From positions 3,488,001-3,552,000 of the forward strand of contig OZ252239.1 of assembly GCA_965249485.1 (NCBI GenBank): a stretch of DNA of 64,000 nt, read 5' to 3'. The notes beneath the pieces are model-generated. The model searched no databases, had not been told where the DNA came from, and saw only the letters and a program-made list of their open reading frames with translations. The stretch is from a bacterium. GTDB lineage: Bacteria; SM23-31. Both the position numbers and the translations under genes were made by a program. Below are positions 31,148 through 42,600 of the stretch, one piece after another. The stretch's first letter is position 1, and each line of letters starts with the position of its first letter.

Positions 31148-32176
31148 TCAATATGGCGACCACGACGGTTGTATATCATTGGCTTGGTTATTCGTGAGCC
31201 GTAGGGGATTACTACCGTTGGTTTTCATTGTGTATAGTTCATAATTCCCGTCTCTGTTTGACATAAACGCCAACAAGGAATCATCAGGCGACCATGAAAC
31301 ATATCCGTCATCAAAATTATTGTGGGTCAGTCGCGAATGTACCTGTCCATCAACACTTGCAGAAAACAGTTCGTAATTACCATCATTTTTGAAATCTGAA
31401 TCGTAAATAATCGTCCTGCCGTCCCGTGGCCATTTTGGATAACCATCATTATAAGAGTTGTTCGTCAATCTCTGTACATGAGAACCGTCAGGATTCATAA
31501 CATAAATTTCACCATTACCATCTCTCATCGATTCAAAAAGCATACGTGTACCATTCGGAGAATACTGTGGAAAACCTTCCGAAACATCATTATTCGTTAA
31601 ACGGATTTGATTTGAACCATCAGATTTCATACGATAGATTTCAGAATTACCGTCCCGTGTAGATAGAAAAGTAATTGCAGAGCCATCCGGTGACCACGAC
31701 GGCCGTTCATTATTTGTATCTGGTGATGTTAATCGGCTGAGTGTTGTACCATCATCACTGACGCTGTAAATAACTTTTTTATTATTCCATACCGATTCAA
31801 ATGCAATATGAAAATCATCCGGAGACCATATTGGGAATCCGCTATTTACACCTATTGATGTTAGTTGCGTTTGACCGGAACCATCTGTATTCATGACAAA
31901 AACTTCTGTGCTGCCATTCCGGTTCGATTTGAATGCTATTTTTGAGCCGTCATACGACCACTGAGGCCATTCATCATTCGCCGTGTTGAGTGTTAACCGG
32001 GTCTGGTCCGATCCATCACTTTTCATTGTGTAGATTTCGTTATTCCCGTTCCGGTCGGACACAAATAAAATTTTCGAATACGAATCGGGAATAGTATAGG
32101 GTAATCTACTTTTACTACATGACCCATATGTAAATATTATCAATACAACACACAATACAACCTGTACTCGATTCAT
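31148..32176 (-). CDS. TolB-like beta-propeller lipoprotein, copy A
   Basis: Lipobox-like YGSC; PD40 repeats, about one repeat longer than the other copies. Confidence 0.88.
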   Translation of the reverse strand: MNRVQVVLCVVLIIFTYGSCSKSRLPYTIPDSYSKILFVSDRNGNNEIYTMKSDGSDQTRLTLNTANDEWPQWSYDGSKIAFKSNRNGSTEVFVMNTDGSGQTQLTSIGVNSGFPIWSPDDFHIAFESVWNNKKVIYSVSDDGTTLSRLTSPDTNNERPSWSPDGSAITFLSTRDGNSEIYRMKSDGSNQIRLTNNDVSEGFPQYSPNGTRMLFESMRDGNGEIYVMNPDGSHVQRLTNNSYNDGYPKWPRDGRTIIYDSDFKNDGNYELFSASVDGQVHSRLTHNNFDDGYVSWSPDDSLLAFMSNRDGNYELYTMKTNGSNPLRLTNNQANDIQPSWSPY

Positions 32177-32478
32177 AGTTTATAAGATTAAAGCATGGAG
32201 TGGAATTGTATGACAGAACCGTTCCATTGTACAAAAATCCTGAGATTAAAAAAAGAAAAATCTGAATATTAATTTTGCCATTTCACCAAGTGTGCATCAA
32301 TGTACTCTTTCATGTATATTATTTGATTGTATTTAAATATGATAATATAACGCATTTGGTAAATTACATCTTTATTTTTGTGTAAAAATTTTTTACATTT
32401 TAGTTTGTCATCTCATATACAATGAGCTGTACTAATAAATAAATGACTACTCAGGTATCTTAGCAGGTTGAGGTTGTA

Positions 32479-33495
32479 ATGATTATCGTAATGAAAGCAG
32501 GAGCTCGTGAGGAAGAAATTGAGCACGTACGTGAACAGATTCGGAAAATGGGATATGTTGACCACCCAATAATTGGAAAAGAACGTGTAGTAATCGGTGC
32601 CATCGGTGATGAACGTGAAAAAACCCGTCTTCAGGTTCTTGAATCGTCTCCCGGTGTTGAATCGGTTGTTCCAATCCTGAAACCGTATAAGCTCGTTGGC
32701 AAAGAGCTCCAGTCGGACAAGACCATTGTTGAAGTCGGCGATTTGAAAATCGGTTCCGACCAATTTGTGGTTATGGCAGGGCCATGTTCCGTTGAGTATC
32801 GCGAACAAATTCTTGAATGTGCAGATATTGCTAAAAAACATGGCGCACAAATGCTGCGGGGCGGCGCATTCAAACCGAGAACTTCGCCATATAGTTTCCA
32901 GGGTCTTGAAGAAGAAGGTCTGAAACTTCTGGCTGAAGCACGTGACAGAACCGGCCTCTGCATTATTACAGAATTGATTACAATAAACGACATCGATCTC
33001 CTCAGCAAATATGTTGATGTTCTCCAGATTGGTGCACGAAATATGATGAATTTCGCCCTCTTAAAAGAAGTCGGCAGGGCTAAAAAACCGGTTATGCTCA
33101 AACGCGGAATGATGTCTACAATGGAAGAACTGCTCCTATCGGCCGAATATATTATTTCAAACGGTAATAAAGATGTCATACTATGTGAACGTGGCATTCG
33201 GACATTTGAGAATGCAACGCGAAATACACTCGATCTCTCAGCAGTGCCGTGGCTGAGACAGAATTCTCATCTACCCGTTATAGTCGACCCGACGCACGGA
33301 ACAGGAGTCCGAAGCCTTATTACACCCATGGCGAAGGCTGCTATTGCCGCCGGAGCTGACGGTCTTATGGTAGAAATACACCCGAAGCCGGAAGAGGCAT
33401 ATTCTGATGGGCCTCAGGCATTAGTCGAAGACCAATTCTCAGCATTCATGCACGAAGTCAAACGGTACATTCCTTTGGAAAACAGACATTTATGA
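32479..33495 (+). CDS. aroF: DAHP synthase, type I-beta with N-terminal ACT-like domain
   Basis: [42 protein letters not shown]. Confidence 0.96.
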   Translation: MIIVMKAGAREEEIEHVREQIRKMGYVDHPIIGKERVVIGAIGDEREKTRLQVLESSPGVESVVPILKPYKLVGKELQSDKTIVEVGDLKIGSDQFVVMAGPCSVEYREQILECADIAKKHGAQMLRGGAFKPRTSPYSFQGLEEEGLKLLAEARDRTGLCIITELITINDIDLLSKYVDVLQIGARNMMNFALLKEVGRAKKPVMLKRGMMSTMEELLLSAEYIISNGNKDVILCERGIRTFENATRNTLDLSAVPWLRQNSHLPVIVDPTHGTGVRSLITPMAKAAIAAGADGLMVEIHPKPEEAYSDGPQALVEDQFSAFMHEVKRYIPLENRHL

Positions 33496-34349
33496 TGCAA
33501 AATTCCGATTCCCCTGATAACAGGAATAGGCATACACAGCACGGATTTCGCGAAATCATCCAGTTTTATCTCATTGACAGCAATACAGCTTTGGGAAAAT
33601 CAATAGACATTTCTATTATTTTTCTCAACATCCTTATTGTTGCCATCTTTATCATTTCCACCTATCCTATATCCGATTCTCTCTGGAAAATTCTTGATTC
33701 AATCGAATCAATTGTTGTCATTTTTTTCGTTGTGGAGTATTGTGCACGGCTCTATGGCGCCAGACACAGGGTAAAACATCTGTTTAATATTTTCAGCATT
33801 ATCGATTTTATCGCTATTCTGCCGACATTGTTAACGCCTTTTATTGGTCCTGGACATATTGGAATGCTCAAACTGCTCCGAATGTTTCGTGTATTTCGCG
33901 TTCTCAGATTCTTGCGGTTTTTTGAGACAAATTCATTTTTTTTCGGCCATATTTCCCAGGATATGCTGAAAGGGCTGCGTCTTGGGATGACGGTCTTTAT
34001 GATTTTCTTTGTCTCTTCAGGGCTTTTTTATTTAGTAGAATCTCCTCAGAATGTGACGGTGCAGAATTTTGGCGATGCATTTTATTTTACGGTTGTTGCG
34101 TTGACTACGGTAGGATTCGGAGATATTATTCCTATTTCGGGTGCAGGAAAAGCTGTTACAGTTCTATGTATTATATCAGGAATCACCCTCATTCCGTGGC
34201 AGGTCGGGGAGTTAGTGCGCGGCTGGATCCATAATTCTCATAAACATCAGGTTACCTGCAAACATTGTGGTCTTATGTATCATGATAGCGATGCTTCACA
34301 TTGCAAGGCATGTGGCAACCTCATTTATCAGGAATACGACAACCATTGA
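33492..34349 (+). CDS. Voltage-gated-type K+ channel / ion transporter
   Basis: S4-like RMFRVFRVLRFLR, filter TTVGFGD, C-terminal CxxC...HCxxCG. Confidence 0.9.
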   Translation: MMQNSDSPDNRNRHTQHGFREIIQFYLIDSNTALGKSIDISIIFLNILIVAIFIISTYPISDSLWKILDSIESIVVIFFVVEYCARLYGARHRVKHLFNIFSIIDFIAILPTLLTPFIGPGHIGMLKLLRMFRVFRVLRFLRFFETNSFFFGHISQDMLKGLRLGMTVFMIFFVSSGLFYLVESPQNVTVQNFGDAFYFTVVALTTVGFGDIIPISGAGKAVTVLCIISGITLIPWQVGELVRGWIHNSHKHQVTCKHCGLMYHDSDASHCKACGNLIYQEYDNH

Positions 34350-34385
34350 TTGTCTCAATCTCTGCCATCGATCCCTTTAAAATAA

Positions 34386-35228
34386 TCAAACCTCTTTCAA
34401 CCTCTTATACGAACCGAGAACATTTAAGTAATTTGTAATCTCTTTCAGATGATTTATTGCATTTCTGCACCGTTCATTTTCGCTGTTGTCATCAATGTCA
34501 AGATAGAAAAAATATTCCCAAGGTTTCCCATGCAGGGGTCTCGATTCAATCTTTGACAGACCTATATCCCGTAACGCGAAAACGCTGAGACATTTGAACA
34601 ATATCCCGGGAATATTTTCTGTTGAAAATACGATACTTGTCTTATTGGCACCTTTGGGGATTGACTTTTCTTTTTGCAATACAAGAAACCGTGTGAAATT
34701 CTCTTCAATATCTTCTATACCTTCTTTGAGGATATCCATTTTATAAAAACTGGCGGCATAACTGCTCGCAATTGCTGCGGCATCCTCCCAACCTTTTTCT
34801 TTGATAAGCTGTACACTTCCGGCAGTATCATATGCAGGAATTTGCTCAATTTTCGGGTACTTTGTGAGGAATTTTTCGCATTGGAAAAGTCCCTGCGGAT
34901 GTGAATAGACTCGTCGGATATCCTTTATTTTCGTACCATGATGTGCAATGAGGCTGTGCCTAATTCGAACCTGCGTTTCACCGACAACCCAGACCTTATG
35001 TTTCAAAAGAAGATCGTAGTTCCGGTAAATCGGACCAGTTAGTGAGTTTTCGATCGGCAGCACACCAGCTGTCACTTCTTTTTTAATAATTCTCTCAAAC
35101 ACTTCATCGAATGAGTGGCAGGGTAGAGTCTTGACCGATTTCCCGAAAAAACTCCGGGATGCTGCTTCGCTATAAGCACCTCTGTTGCCCTGGAATCCAA
35201 CTATTCTTTTTGTTCGCTTAACTGTCAT
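34386..35228 (-). CDS. pheA: Prephenate dehydratase
   Basis: FQG..GAYSE, PIENS, SHPQ, NFTRF, ACT domain with KIESRP. Confidence 0.95.
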   Translation of the reverse strand: MTVKRTKRIVGFQGNRGAYSEAASRSFFGKSVKTLPCHSFDEVFERIIKKEVTAGVLPIENSLTGPIYRNYDLLLKHKVWVVGETQVRIRHSLIAHHGTKIKDIRRVYSHPQGLFQCEKFLTKYPKIEQIPAYDTAGSVQLIKEKGWEDAAAIASSYAASFYKMDILKEGIEDIEENFTRFLVLQKEKSIPKGANKTSIVFSTENIPGILFKCLSVFALRDIGLSKIESRPLHGKPWEYFFYLDIDDNSENERCRNAINHLKEITNYLNVLGSYKRLKEV

Positions 35229-35499
35229 GGTTTAGTTACCTCACTAATATCATGGACTTCAAACCTGAAATTTATCTACTGCTATCATCTGAACATTCTG
35301 ATGAGTCCCGTTCGTAAAAAAAATTGAAACTGAATCGAAAATTGGTTTTAAAAATAGTATTTTCATTTCAGAGAATCAAGCGAATAGTCCAGGCGTTAAT
35401 GCAGTGTCATCGATTAACGGTTTCTCAGAGAAGAGATTATAGTTCTGCACTTTCTGATATATAAAACAGCATCACTGTAAAAAGAAATACTGTCCAATG

Positions 35500-36267
35500 T
35501 TACAATTGAGATAATGCGGCCTGTACAACAGGAGGAAATATCTCTTCGACATCTCCTTCAATTCTGAGACTTACGACTGTTTTCCCGTCGTGGTCTGTTT
35601 CGCCCCGATTGATGATTACATACGGGACACCCCGGTGGGCGGCAAGCAGTGTCAGAGATGCAGCTGGATGAACATAAAGTGATGTTCCGAGAGCTACTAC
35701 CAGATCGGCTTCCAGTGTGGCGGCCACCGCTCTTTGTACATCGCGGTTACGCAGCCCCTGACCAAAACTGATTGTGGCTGGTTTCAGGAATCCTCCATAT
35801 TCGCATTCCGGTGGAAGACCTGTTTTTTCGAAGTTTTTGAAATGTGGTTCAGGTTCGCTTCTTTGAAGACATGTTTGGCACTCGATCCTGTTGTTATTTC
35901 CATGCAATTCAATGAGCCGGTCTTCTGACGTTCCGGCTTGTCTATGCAGTCCATCGATATTTTCCGTCACTACCGCAAGAACACGACCGTTGTCATCAAG
36001 ATCGGCTATTGATTTATGTACTGCATTCGGCTCTGCTTTTTCAAATTTTTCCCTGGATTCAAGCTTATATTGCCAGTGTCGAATACGAGACTCTTCTGAG
36101 GATATAAACTCCTGATAATAAACAGGTTTAAATTTTTTCCACCCGCCATTCGGCCCGCGGAAGTCAGGTATTCCGCTTCCGGTAGATATTCCGGCACCTG
36201 TAAATATAAACATTTTTTGGGCATCTGAAAGATATTCAGCAAGCTTTTCATTAACCATTGTCGTCAT
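35500..36267 (-). CDS. cobB: Sir2-family NAD-dependent protein deacylase
   Basis: GAGISTGSGIPDFRG, NIDGLH, ELHG, GTSL.V.PA. The fourth Zn Cys reads Tyr. Confidence 0.88.
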   Translation of the reverse strand: MTTMVNEKLAEYLSDAQKMFIFTGAGISTGSGIPDFRGPNGGWKKFKPVYYQEFISSEESRIRHWQYKLESREKFEKAEPNAVHKSIADLDDNGRVLAVVTENIDGLHRQAGTSEDRLIELHGNNNRIECQTCLQRSEPEPHFKNFEKTGLPPECEYGGFLKPATISFGQGLRNRDVQRAVAATLEADLVVALGTSLYVHPAASLTLLAAHRGVPYVIINRGETDHDGKTVVSLRIEGDVEEIFPPVVQAALSQL

Positions 36268-36356
36268 AATAAATCACTATGATTACTTGACGCATTTTTT
36301 AAAAATTCTATTCAATATAATGAACATAGCTGTACGAATCAACAAATCTATCACTA

Positions 36357-37782
36357 TTATGCTGTTTCAATCCTGAGCATATTCGAACCCCGTTTTTTAT
36401 AAAACGGAATTCCTGCGGTAAATACAAGATTATCACCTTTTTTGATTGTTTTATCTTTTAAGAGCATCTCGATAATATCCTGCACGGCATATCCCATTTT
36501 ATCCGAAAATTCTTCAGTCAAGTATCCTCTGACGCCCCACATCAACGCTGTTCTAAGATATGCCGTTTTGTTCGGTGACACTGCGTATATCGGGGCATTG
36601 GGCCGGAAACGTGCAATCATTTCGGCTGTAGATCCTGATTGTGTCAGGCATACAATTGCGGTAGCTTTCACCAATTCTGCAGCGTGACATGCAGAATATC
36701 CTATTGCGATCGATATGGGGTAGACGACTCCTTGATTTTGCCGCCTGAAATTCCATCTCTCATCATTCTCTTTTTCTATAAGTGCAACTATTCTTACCAT
36801 AGTTTCCAGAGACTCTACAGGATACATACCACTTGCTGTTTCGCCTGATAGCATGACTGCATCGGTTCCGTCAAGTACAGCGTTTGCAACATCCGCAGCC
36901 TCTGCTCGGGTCGGACGGGGATGGTATATCATAGATTCGAGCATTTGCGTTGCGGTAATCACCGGAACACCGGCTGCGTTACATAAAGAGATAATTTTTT
37001 TGGATCGGAGGAATCTCTTCGGTATTCATCTCTACTCCGAGATCACCTCGAGCAATCATGATACAGTCTGCCTCTATAATGATGGCATCGATATTGTCAA
37101 CGGCCTGCGGTTTTTCAATTTTTGCAACGACCGGAGTCGATTTTCCGTGCGCTGCAATTTCATTTTTTACGACTGCAATATCTTCAGCTTTCTGTACGAA
37201 TGAGATCGCAATAAAATCTACATCCATATCTAGTCCAAATTTTAAATCTTCTTTATCTTTTGGTGTCAATGGCTCAACGGAAAGAATCGAATTTGGCAGA
37301 TTTAAGCCTTTATGGTCACTAATTATTCCACCATATATGACTTTACACCGAACATCTTCTCCATTGATATCTTCTACCTGCAGGCTAACATTGCCATCAT
37401 CGAGCAAGACTCTATCACCAACCTGTACATCCTTATTAAACGTCGGATATGATACAGAGACTTCACGTTCATTTCCGGAAACATTTCGGATTGTAAGTGT
37501 AAAATCTGCTCCGTTCCGGAGTTCTACTTTACCATTTTCAAAAGTCTGAATTCTGATTTTTGGTCCCTGAAGGTCCTGGAGAATAGCTATCGGACGCCCG
37601 ATTTCTTCTGAAACTTTCCTGACATATTCGCATTTTTGTTTATGCTCTTCATACGATCCGTGGGAAAAATTGAGCCGAGCAACATCCATTCCCGAATCGG
37701 CAAGTGCACGGATTTGCTCGTATGTCCCGGAATTGGGACCAAGAGTGCAGACTATTTTAGCGCGGCGGTGTCGTTTTCCCAT
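36357..37782 (-). pseudogene. pyk: Pyruvate kinase, frameshifted in an A7 run at 36995-37001 (possible sequencing error)
   Basis: KIVCTLGP, RLNFSHG, DLQGPKIR, MIARGDLGVE; after the shift it reads [22 protein letters not shown]...[10 protein letters not shown]. Confidence 0.93.
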
Positions 37783-38141
37783 GATGTCCTGATGTGTGTA
37801 ACAACGTAACGTAGGTTAATGCATATGTTAATTGTGAGTTAGCGGTCGTTATTAAACTCATGAAACTTCATTGCCACGAATATTGTTCTGGTAATGCATC
37901 TGAAATGGAATAGTGGTTTAATACGGAATCACATCTTTTATATTTTTCAAAAGAAATATTTTGTATTTAAACAATAAAGATTATATATTTTCCCTTGCGA
38001 AACAGTCAATTGCTGATTATTATTATCTTATATCGCCGTTTCACTTTTGACATGCTTTCCTGATTTCCTTTATTATTCCAACTTATTATTCCTCAACAAT
38101 TCAGGATTCCATTTGAACAATCTGACAGGAAAGGCCTATAA

Positions 38142-39752
38142 ATGAAGGCATCCGATCTTTTTATAAAAGCCCTTGAAAATGAGGGAGTAGAATATATTTT
38201 TGGTGTGCCAGGTGAAGAAAATCTTGACATGCTTGAATCTCTGCGCGAGTCAAAGATTAAACTTATTTTAACTCGTCACGAGCAAGGGGCCGGATTTATG
38301 GCGGCGACATATGGACGGCTCACCGGAAAAGCCGGTGTATGTTTAGCCACGCTTGGGCCCGGAGCAACTAATTTTGTTACCCCCGCGGCTTATGCTCAGC
38401 TCGGAGCAATGCCGATGATGATGATTACAGGTCAAAAACCGATAAAATCGAGCAAACAGGGGCAGTTTCAGATTGTCGATATAGTACAGATGATGACTCC
38501 GATAACAAAATATTCGAAATCGATTGTCAGCGCAAACAATATCCCTTCTCGAGTACGAGAGGCATTTCGAATTGCTCAGGAAGAACGCCCCGGCGCAGTA
38601 CATCTGGAACTTCCCGAAGATATTGCCGCAGAAGAGACCGATGAACCTCTTTACACACCCAGTAAAGCCCGGCGGCCAGCCGCTGAAATTAAGGCTATTA
38701 AAATTGCTGTTGATTTAATAGAGAAAGCAAAAAAACCACTCCTGCTCATCGGTGCGGCCGCGAATAGAAAATTGACATCAAAAATGCTGTTAAAATTTGT
38801 TGAAAAAACCAATATGCCGTTTTTCGATACTCAAATGGGAAAAGGCGTTATTGACGAGCGGCATCCATTGCACCTCGGTAATGCAGCCCTGTCTTCAAAA
38901 GACTATCTCCATGAAGCAATTGAAGATTCCGACCTGATAATCAACGTTGGCCATGATGTCGTGGAAAAACCGCCATTTTTCATGAATCATGACGGATTTA
39001 AGGTAATCCATATCAATTTTTCAACAGCGTCGATTGATCCGGTCTACTTTCCACAAGTTGAGGTTGTCGGAGACATCGCTAACAGCATTTGGCAAATTTC
39101 AGAAAAAATAAATCCACAGGTGCACTGGGATTTTTCATATTATCTACGTATTAAAGAAGGAAACGACCATCGTCTTAACTATGGTAGTGGTGATGACCGG
39201 TATCCAATATTTCCGGCTCGGCTTGTTGCGGATGTCCGGAAAGTGATGCCTGATAACGGTATTATCGCGCTCGACAATGGTGTCTACAAAATCTGGTTTG
39301 CTTTAAATTACCGTGCATATGAACCAAATACCGTTCTATTAGACAATGCTCTTGCTTCTATGGGGGCAGGACTTCCATCTGCTATTGCTGCGAAAATTGT
39401 CTATCCGAACAGAAAAGTGATGGCTATCTGCGGCGATGGCGGATTTATGATGAATTCTCAGGAAATAGAGACCGCCGTTCGGCTTGACCTTCATATTGTC
39501 GTCCTGATTCTTGTCGATAAAGCCTATGGTATGATTAAGTGGAAACAGGCTAATATGGGATTTCAAGATTTCGGCCTCGATTATAATAATCCGGATTTCA
39601 TAAAATACGCAGAAAGTTATGGAGCTATTGGGCATGATGTCGGTAAGGCTGATAATTTAGCTCCTCTTCTCGATGAGTGCCTCAATTCGAACGGTGTTTA
39701 TATTGTCCCATGTAACATTGATTATTCTGAAAACAAACGGTTCATTGGATGA
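38142..39752 (+). CDS. ThDP-dependent enzyme, acetolactate synthase large-subunit-like
   Basis: FGVPGEEN, RHEQGA, TLGPGATN, GDGGFMMN ThDP motif. No small subunit nearby. Confidence 0.9.
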   Translation: MKASDLFIKALENEGVEYIFGVPGEENLDMLESLRESKIKLILTRHEQGAGFMAATYGRLTGKAGVCLATLGPGATNFVTPAAYAQLGAMPMMMITGQKPIKSSKQGQFQIVDIVQMMTPITKYSKSIVSANNIPSRVREAFRIAQEERPGAVHLELPEDIAAEETDEPLYTPSKARRPAAEIKAIKIAVDLIEKAKKPLLLIGAAANRKLTSKMLLKFVEKTNMPFFDTQMGKGVIDERHPLHLGNAALSSKDYLHEAIEDSDLIINVGHDVVEKPPFFMNHDGFKVIHINFSTASIDPVYFPQVEVVGDIANSIWQISEKINPQVHWDFSYYLRIKEGNDHRLNYGSGDDRYPIFPARLVADVRKVMPDNGIIALDNGVYKIWFALNYRAYEPNTVLLDNALASMGAGLPSAIAAKIVYPNRKVMAICGDGGFMMNSQEIETAVRLDLHIVVLILVDKAYGMIKWKQANMGFQDFGLDYNNPDFIKYAESYGAIGHDVGKADNLAPLLDECLNSNGVYIVPCNIDYSENKRFIG

Positions 39753-39849
39753 TACATAATATGTAGTAATACATAATTCAAACATTTTTCAATTTTACTG
39801 AACATTACTTAAAAAAAATTTCATCCGATTGAAACCAAAAGGAGTTTAG

Positions 39850-41289
39850 ATGCCTGAACATTATCCATTACTTGTACCGGGAGCATCTTCTGAGGATACA
39901 CCGCTTGAAGTATATGCTCCCTACAACAATGAACTTATCGCAACAATTCAGACTGCAGACAAAGCAGTTGTAGAAAAAGCTTTACAGACTGCGTACAGCC
40001 TTTACAGGAACCGGGATGCGTGGATATCTCCTCATGAACGGATACAAATTCTCAAAAAAACCGGTGAGATAATGTCGGAGCGGGCAGAAGAGCTTGCAGT
40101 TGAAGCTGCACGAGAAGGCGGAAAACCGCTTATCGACTCTCGGGTCGAAGTTGCCCGAGCAATTGATGGAATCGATATTTGTATCGAAACACTCAGGATG
40201 CAGCGGGGTGAAGAAATCCCGATGAATTTAAATCCGGCATCCGCAAACAGAATGGCCCTTACCCGGCTGGAGCCGATCGGTGTTGTTGTTGCCGCCAGTG
40301 CTTTCAATCATCCGCTGAATCTCATTGTTCATCAGGTCGCTCCTGCAATTGCAACCGGTTGCCCTGTCATTGTGAAACCGGCAGAAGTGACACCAATTTC
40401 ATGTTATTTATTTGTAAAAATTCTTAGAGAAGCAGGGCTACCAGCAGAATGGTGTCAGGCATTGTCGGTTAGCAATCTTGACGTTGCAACTGCTCTCATC
40501 ACCGATGAGCGGGTTGCATTTTTCACTTTTATCGGCAGCGCCCGTGTTGGTTGGATGCTCCGGTCAAAGCTTGCTCCCGGAACACGGTATGCACTTGAGC
40601 ATGGTGGTGCAGCACCGGTTATAGTTGCGGCAGATGCCGATCTTGACGAATCAATTGTACCATTGAGTAAGGGGGGGTTTTACCATGCGGGTCAGGTGTG
40701 TGTTTCCGTGCAGCGGGTTTATGTACATGAGTCAATCGCTCGGGATGTTGCCGATCGGCTTGCTGAAAGTGCACGAAAACAGAGAATCGGCGATCCGACA
40801 AAAGAAGACACTGATGTCGGTCCATTGATCCGTCAAGGTGAGGTTAAACGTATTAAAGAGTGGGTCGATGAAGCGGTCAAAGGGGGCGCTGAACTAGTTG
40901 CCGGAGGGAAAGCTCTATCCGATTTCTGTTATGAATGCACTGTTCTTCTCAATCCGCCAGTCGATGCAAAAGTAAGTAATTCAGAAATTTTCGGACCGGT
41001 TATCTGTGTCTTTTCTTATTCAGATTTGGATACTGCTATTGCCCAGGCAAATTCACTCCCGTTTGCGTTTCAGGCAGCTGTGTTTACCAAAAATATCGAC
41101 ACTGCTCTCCGAGTTACACAGCGGCTCGATGCGGCAACCGTTATGGTAAATGACCATACGGCTTTCCGTGTCGATTGGATGCCATTTGCAGGTTTAAAAC
41201 TCTCCGGAGAAGGTATCGGAGGTATACCATATACCATGAAAGATATGCAGATTGAAAAACTTTTGGTTGTCAAATCAAAAGAACTATAG
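39850..41289 (+). CDS. NAD(P)-dependent aldehyde dehydrogenase
   Basis: AFNHP, VKPAE, FIGS, LEHGG, GQVC, EIFGPV. Confidence 0.94.
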   Translation: MPEHYPLLVPGASSEDTPLEVYAPYNNELIATIQTADKAVVEKALQTAYSLYRNRDAWISPHERIQILKKTGEIMSERAEELAVEAAREGGKPLIDSRVEVARAIDGIDICIETLRMQRGEEIPMNLNPASANRMALTRLEPIGVVVAASAFNHPLNLIVHQVAPAIATGCPVIVKPAEVTPISCYLFVKILREAGLPAEWCQALSVSNLDVATALITDERVAFFTFIGSARVGWMLRSKLAPGTRYALEHGGAAPVIVAADADLDESIVPLSKGGFYHAGQVCVSVQRVYVHESIARDVADRLAESARKQRIGDPTKEDTDVGPLIRQGEVKRIKEWVDEAVKGGAELVAGGKALSDFCYECTVLLNPPVDAKVSNSEIFGPVICVFSYSDLDTAIAQANSLPFAFQAAVFTKNIDTALRVTQRLDAATVMVNDHTAFRVDWMPFAGLKLSGEGIGGIPYTMKDMQIEKLLVVKSKEL

Positions 41290-41375
41290 TAGTTTCATCT
41301 TTATCAATACTTTACTGCGGTATCAAGAAACTCTATGCCATCCGGACACAAACAGAATGACGAAAGGTGGTCGTT

Positions 41376-41645
41376 ATGACACATCTTTTTGTGAGACATA
41401 AAGTAGAGAGCTTCTCAAAATGGAAAACCTTTTTTGATAAGCATGAATCAATGCGGAGAAAAAGGGGATTCGGAAATTATCAGTTGTATCAAACGACTGA
41501 TAATCCAAACGAAGTTCTCATTCTCTTTGAAATCAACGATGCGTTAAGTGCAAAAAAGTTTATTGTATCCGACGATCTTCGCGATGAGATGAAAAATGCC
41601 GGTGTGGTTGAATCACCCGATTTTTTTACTCTGGTAGCAGTATAA
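41376..41645 (+). CDS. Small dimeric alpha/beta-barrel (ABM/cyclase-like) protein
   Basis: VRHKVE.F.KWK..FD, DNPNEV.ILFE, M..AGV...P. Confidence 0.7.
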   Translation: MTHLFVRHKVESFSKWKTFFDKHESMRRKRGFGNYQLYQTTDNPNEVLILFEINDALSAKKFIVSDDLRDEMKNAGVVESPDFFTLVAV

Positions 41646-41654
41646 CATAAGCGT

Positions 41655-42524
41655 TTGTCGAACTTAATTTCTCCTCAAATTCGTGTGAAATTTTTATATA
41701 TATTTTTCATATTTGCTGCCCTCACTTTCTCAGGATTGGCAGTACTCCTCTATTTCTTTCAGTCGCGGTTAATCTTTTTTCCTGAATACAATTATGCTTC
41801 ATCACCCGATCGTCTGGGTATTGAGTTCGAGGATGTAATTTTTCGCACTGACGACGGATTAAACCTTACCGGATGGTATATCCCCGGAAATAATGCGGAC
41901 AAAGTCCTCCTATTCTGTCACGGCAACGCTGGTAATATTTCCCACCGAATTGACTATATACGCATATTTCATGAACTTGGATTGAGCACGTTTATCTTTG
42001 ATTACCGCGGTTATGGGAAAAGCGAAGGAAAACCTGACGAAGAGGGAACATACCGAGACGTACTCGGTGCCTGGAATTTTCTTGTCAATGAAAAAGATTT
42101 TACGCAGGATTCAATATTGCTTTACGGTCGTTCATTAGGGGGGGCCATAGCCGCATGGCTTGCACAAGATCACACACCACTGGCACTTATCCTGGATTCT
42201 TCATTTACATCTATAACAGCACTCGGTTCAGAACTAAACCCATTTCTACCAATACGTTTGTTGTCACGTTTTAATTACACGACGCAGCACTATCTGGAAA
42301 AAGTCTCCAGTCCCGTCCTAATCGTTCACAGCAGGCAGGATGAAATCGTCCCATTTGAGCACAGCATCAGTTTATTCGAAAACGCTTCACAACCCAAAGA
42401 ATTTCTCGAAATTTCCGGATCACATAACGAAGGATTTCTTGATTCCCGGAGTACATACGAGTCAGGGCTTCGTGATTACATCAGTGAAATAACTCAGCAG
42501 CAGTTACCACCACATAAACAGTGA
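41655..42524 (+). CDS. Alpha/beta hydrolase (BEM46/ABHD13-like), membrane-anchored
   Basis: HGNAGN, DYRGYG, GRSLGG nucleophile, DEIVP, GSHN. Confidence 0.9.
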   Translation: MSNLISPQIRVKFLYIFFIFAALTFSGLAVLLYFFQSRLIFFPEYNYASSPDRLGIEFEDVIFRTDDGLNLTGWYIPGNNADKVLLFCHGNAGNISHRIDYIRIFHELGLSTFIFDYRGYGKSEGKPDEEGTYRDVLGAWNFLVNEKDFTQDSILLYGRSLGGAIAAWLAQDHTPLALILDSSFTSITALGSELNPFLPIRLLSRFNYTTQHYLEKVSSPVLIVHSRQDEIVPFEHSISLFENASQPKEFLEISGSHNEGFLDSRSTYESGLRDYISEITQQQLPPHKQ

Positions 42525-42541
42525 CAATTGCCGTATAACAT

Positions 42542-42556
42542 TGGCATGTCTTTTGC
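42542..42556 (+). promoter_or_regulatory. Candidate sigma54 (-24/-12) promoter upstream of tag
   Basis: TGGCATG-TCTT-TTGC with exact GG-N10-GC spacing, ~45 nt before the ATG. Confidence 0.45.
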
Positions 42557-42600
42557 CGATACACAATCATTAATTTATAATTTATTCAAAAGGATAAACA

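Noticed and set aside
35298..35331. Hammerhead-like CTGATGAGTCCC...GAAAC upstream of pheA
   Set aside because: No complement to form stem II, and no stems I/III.
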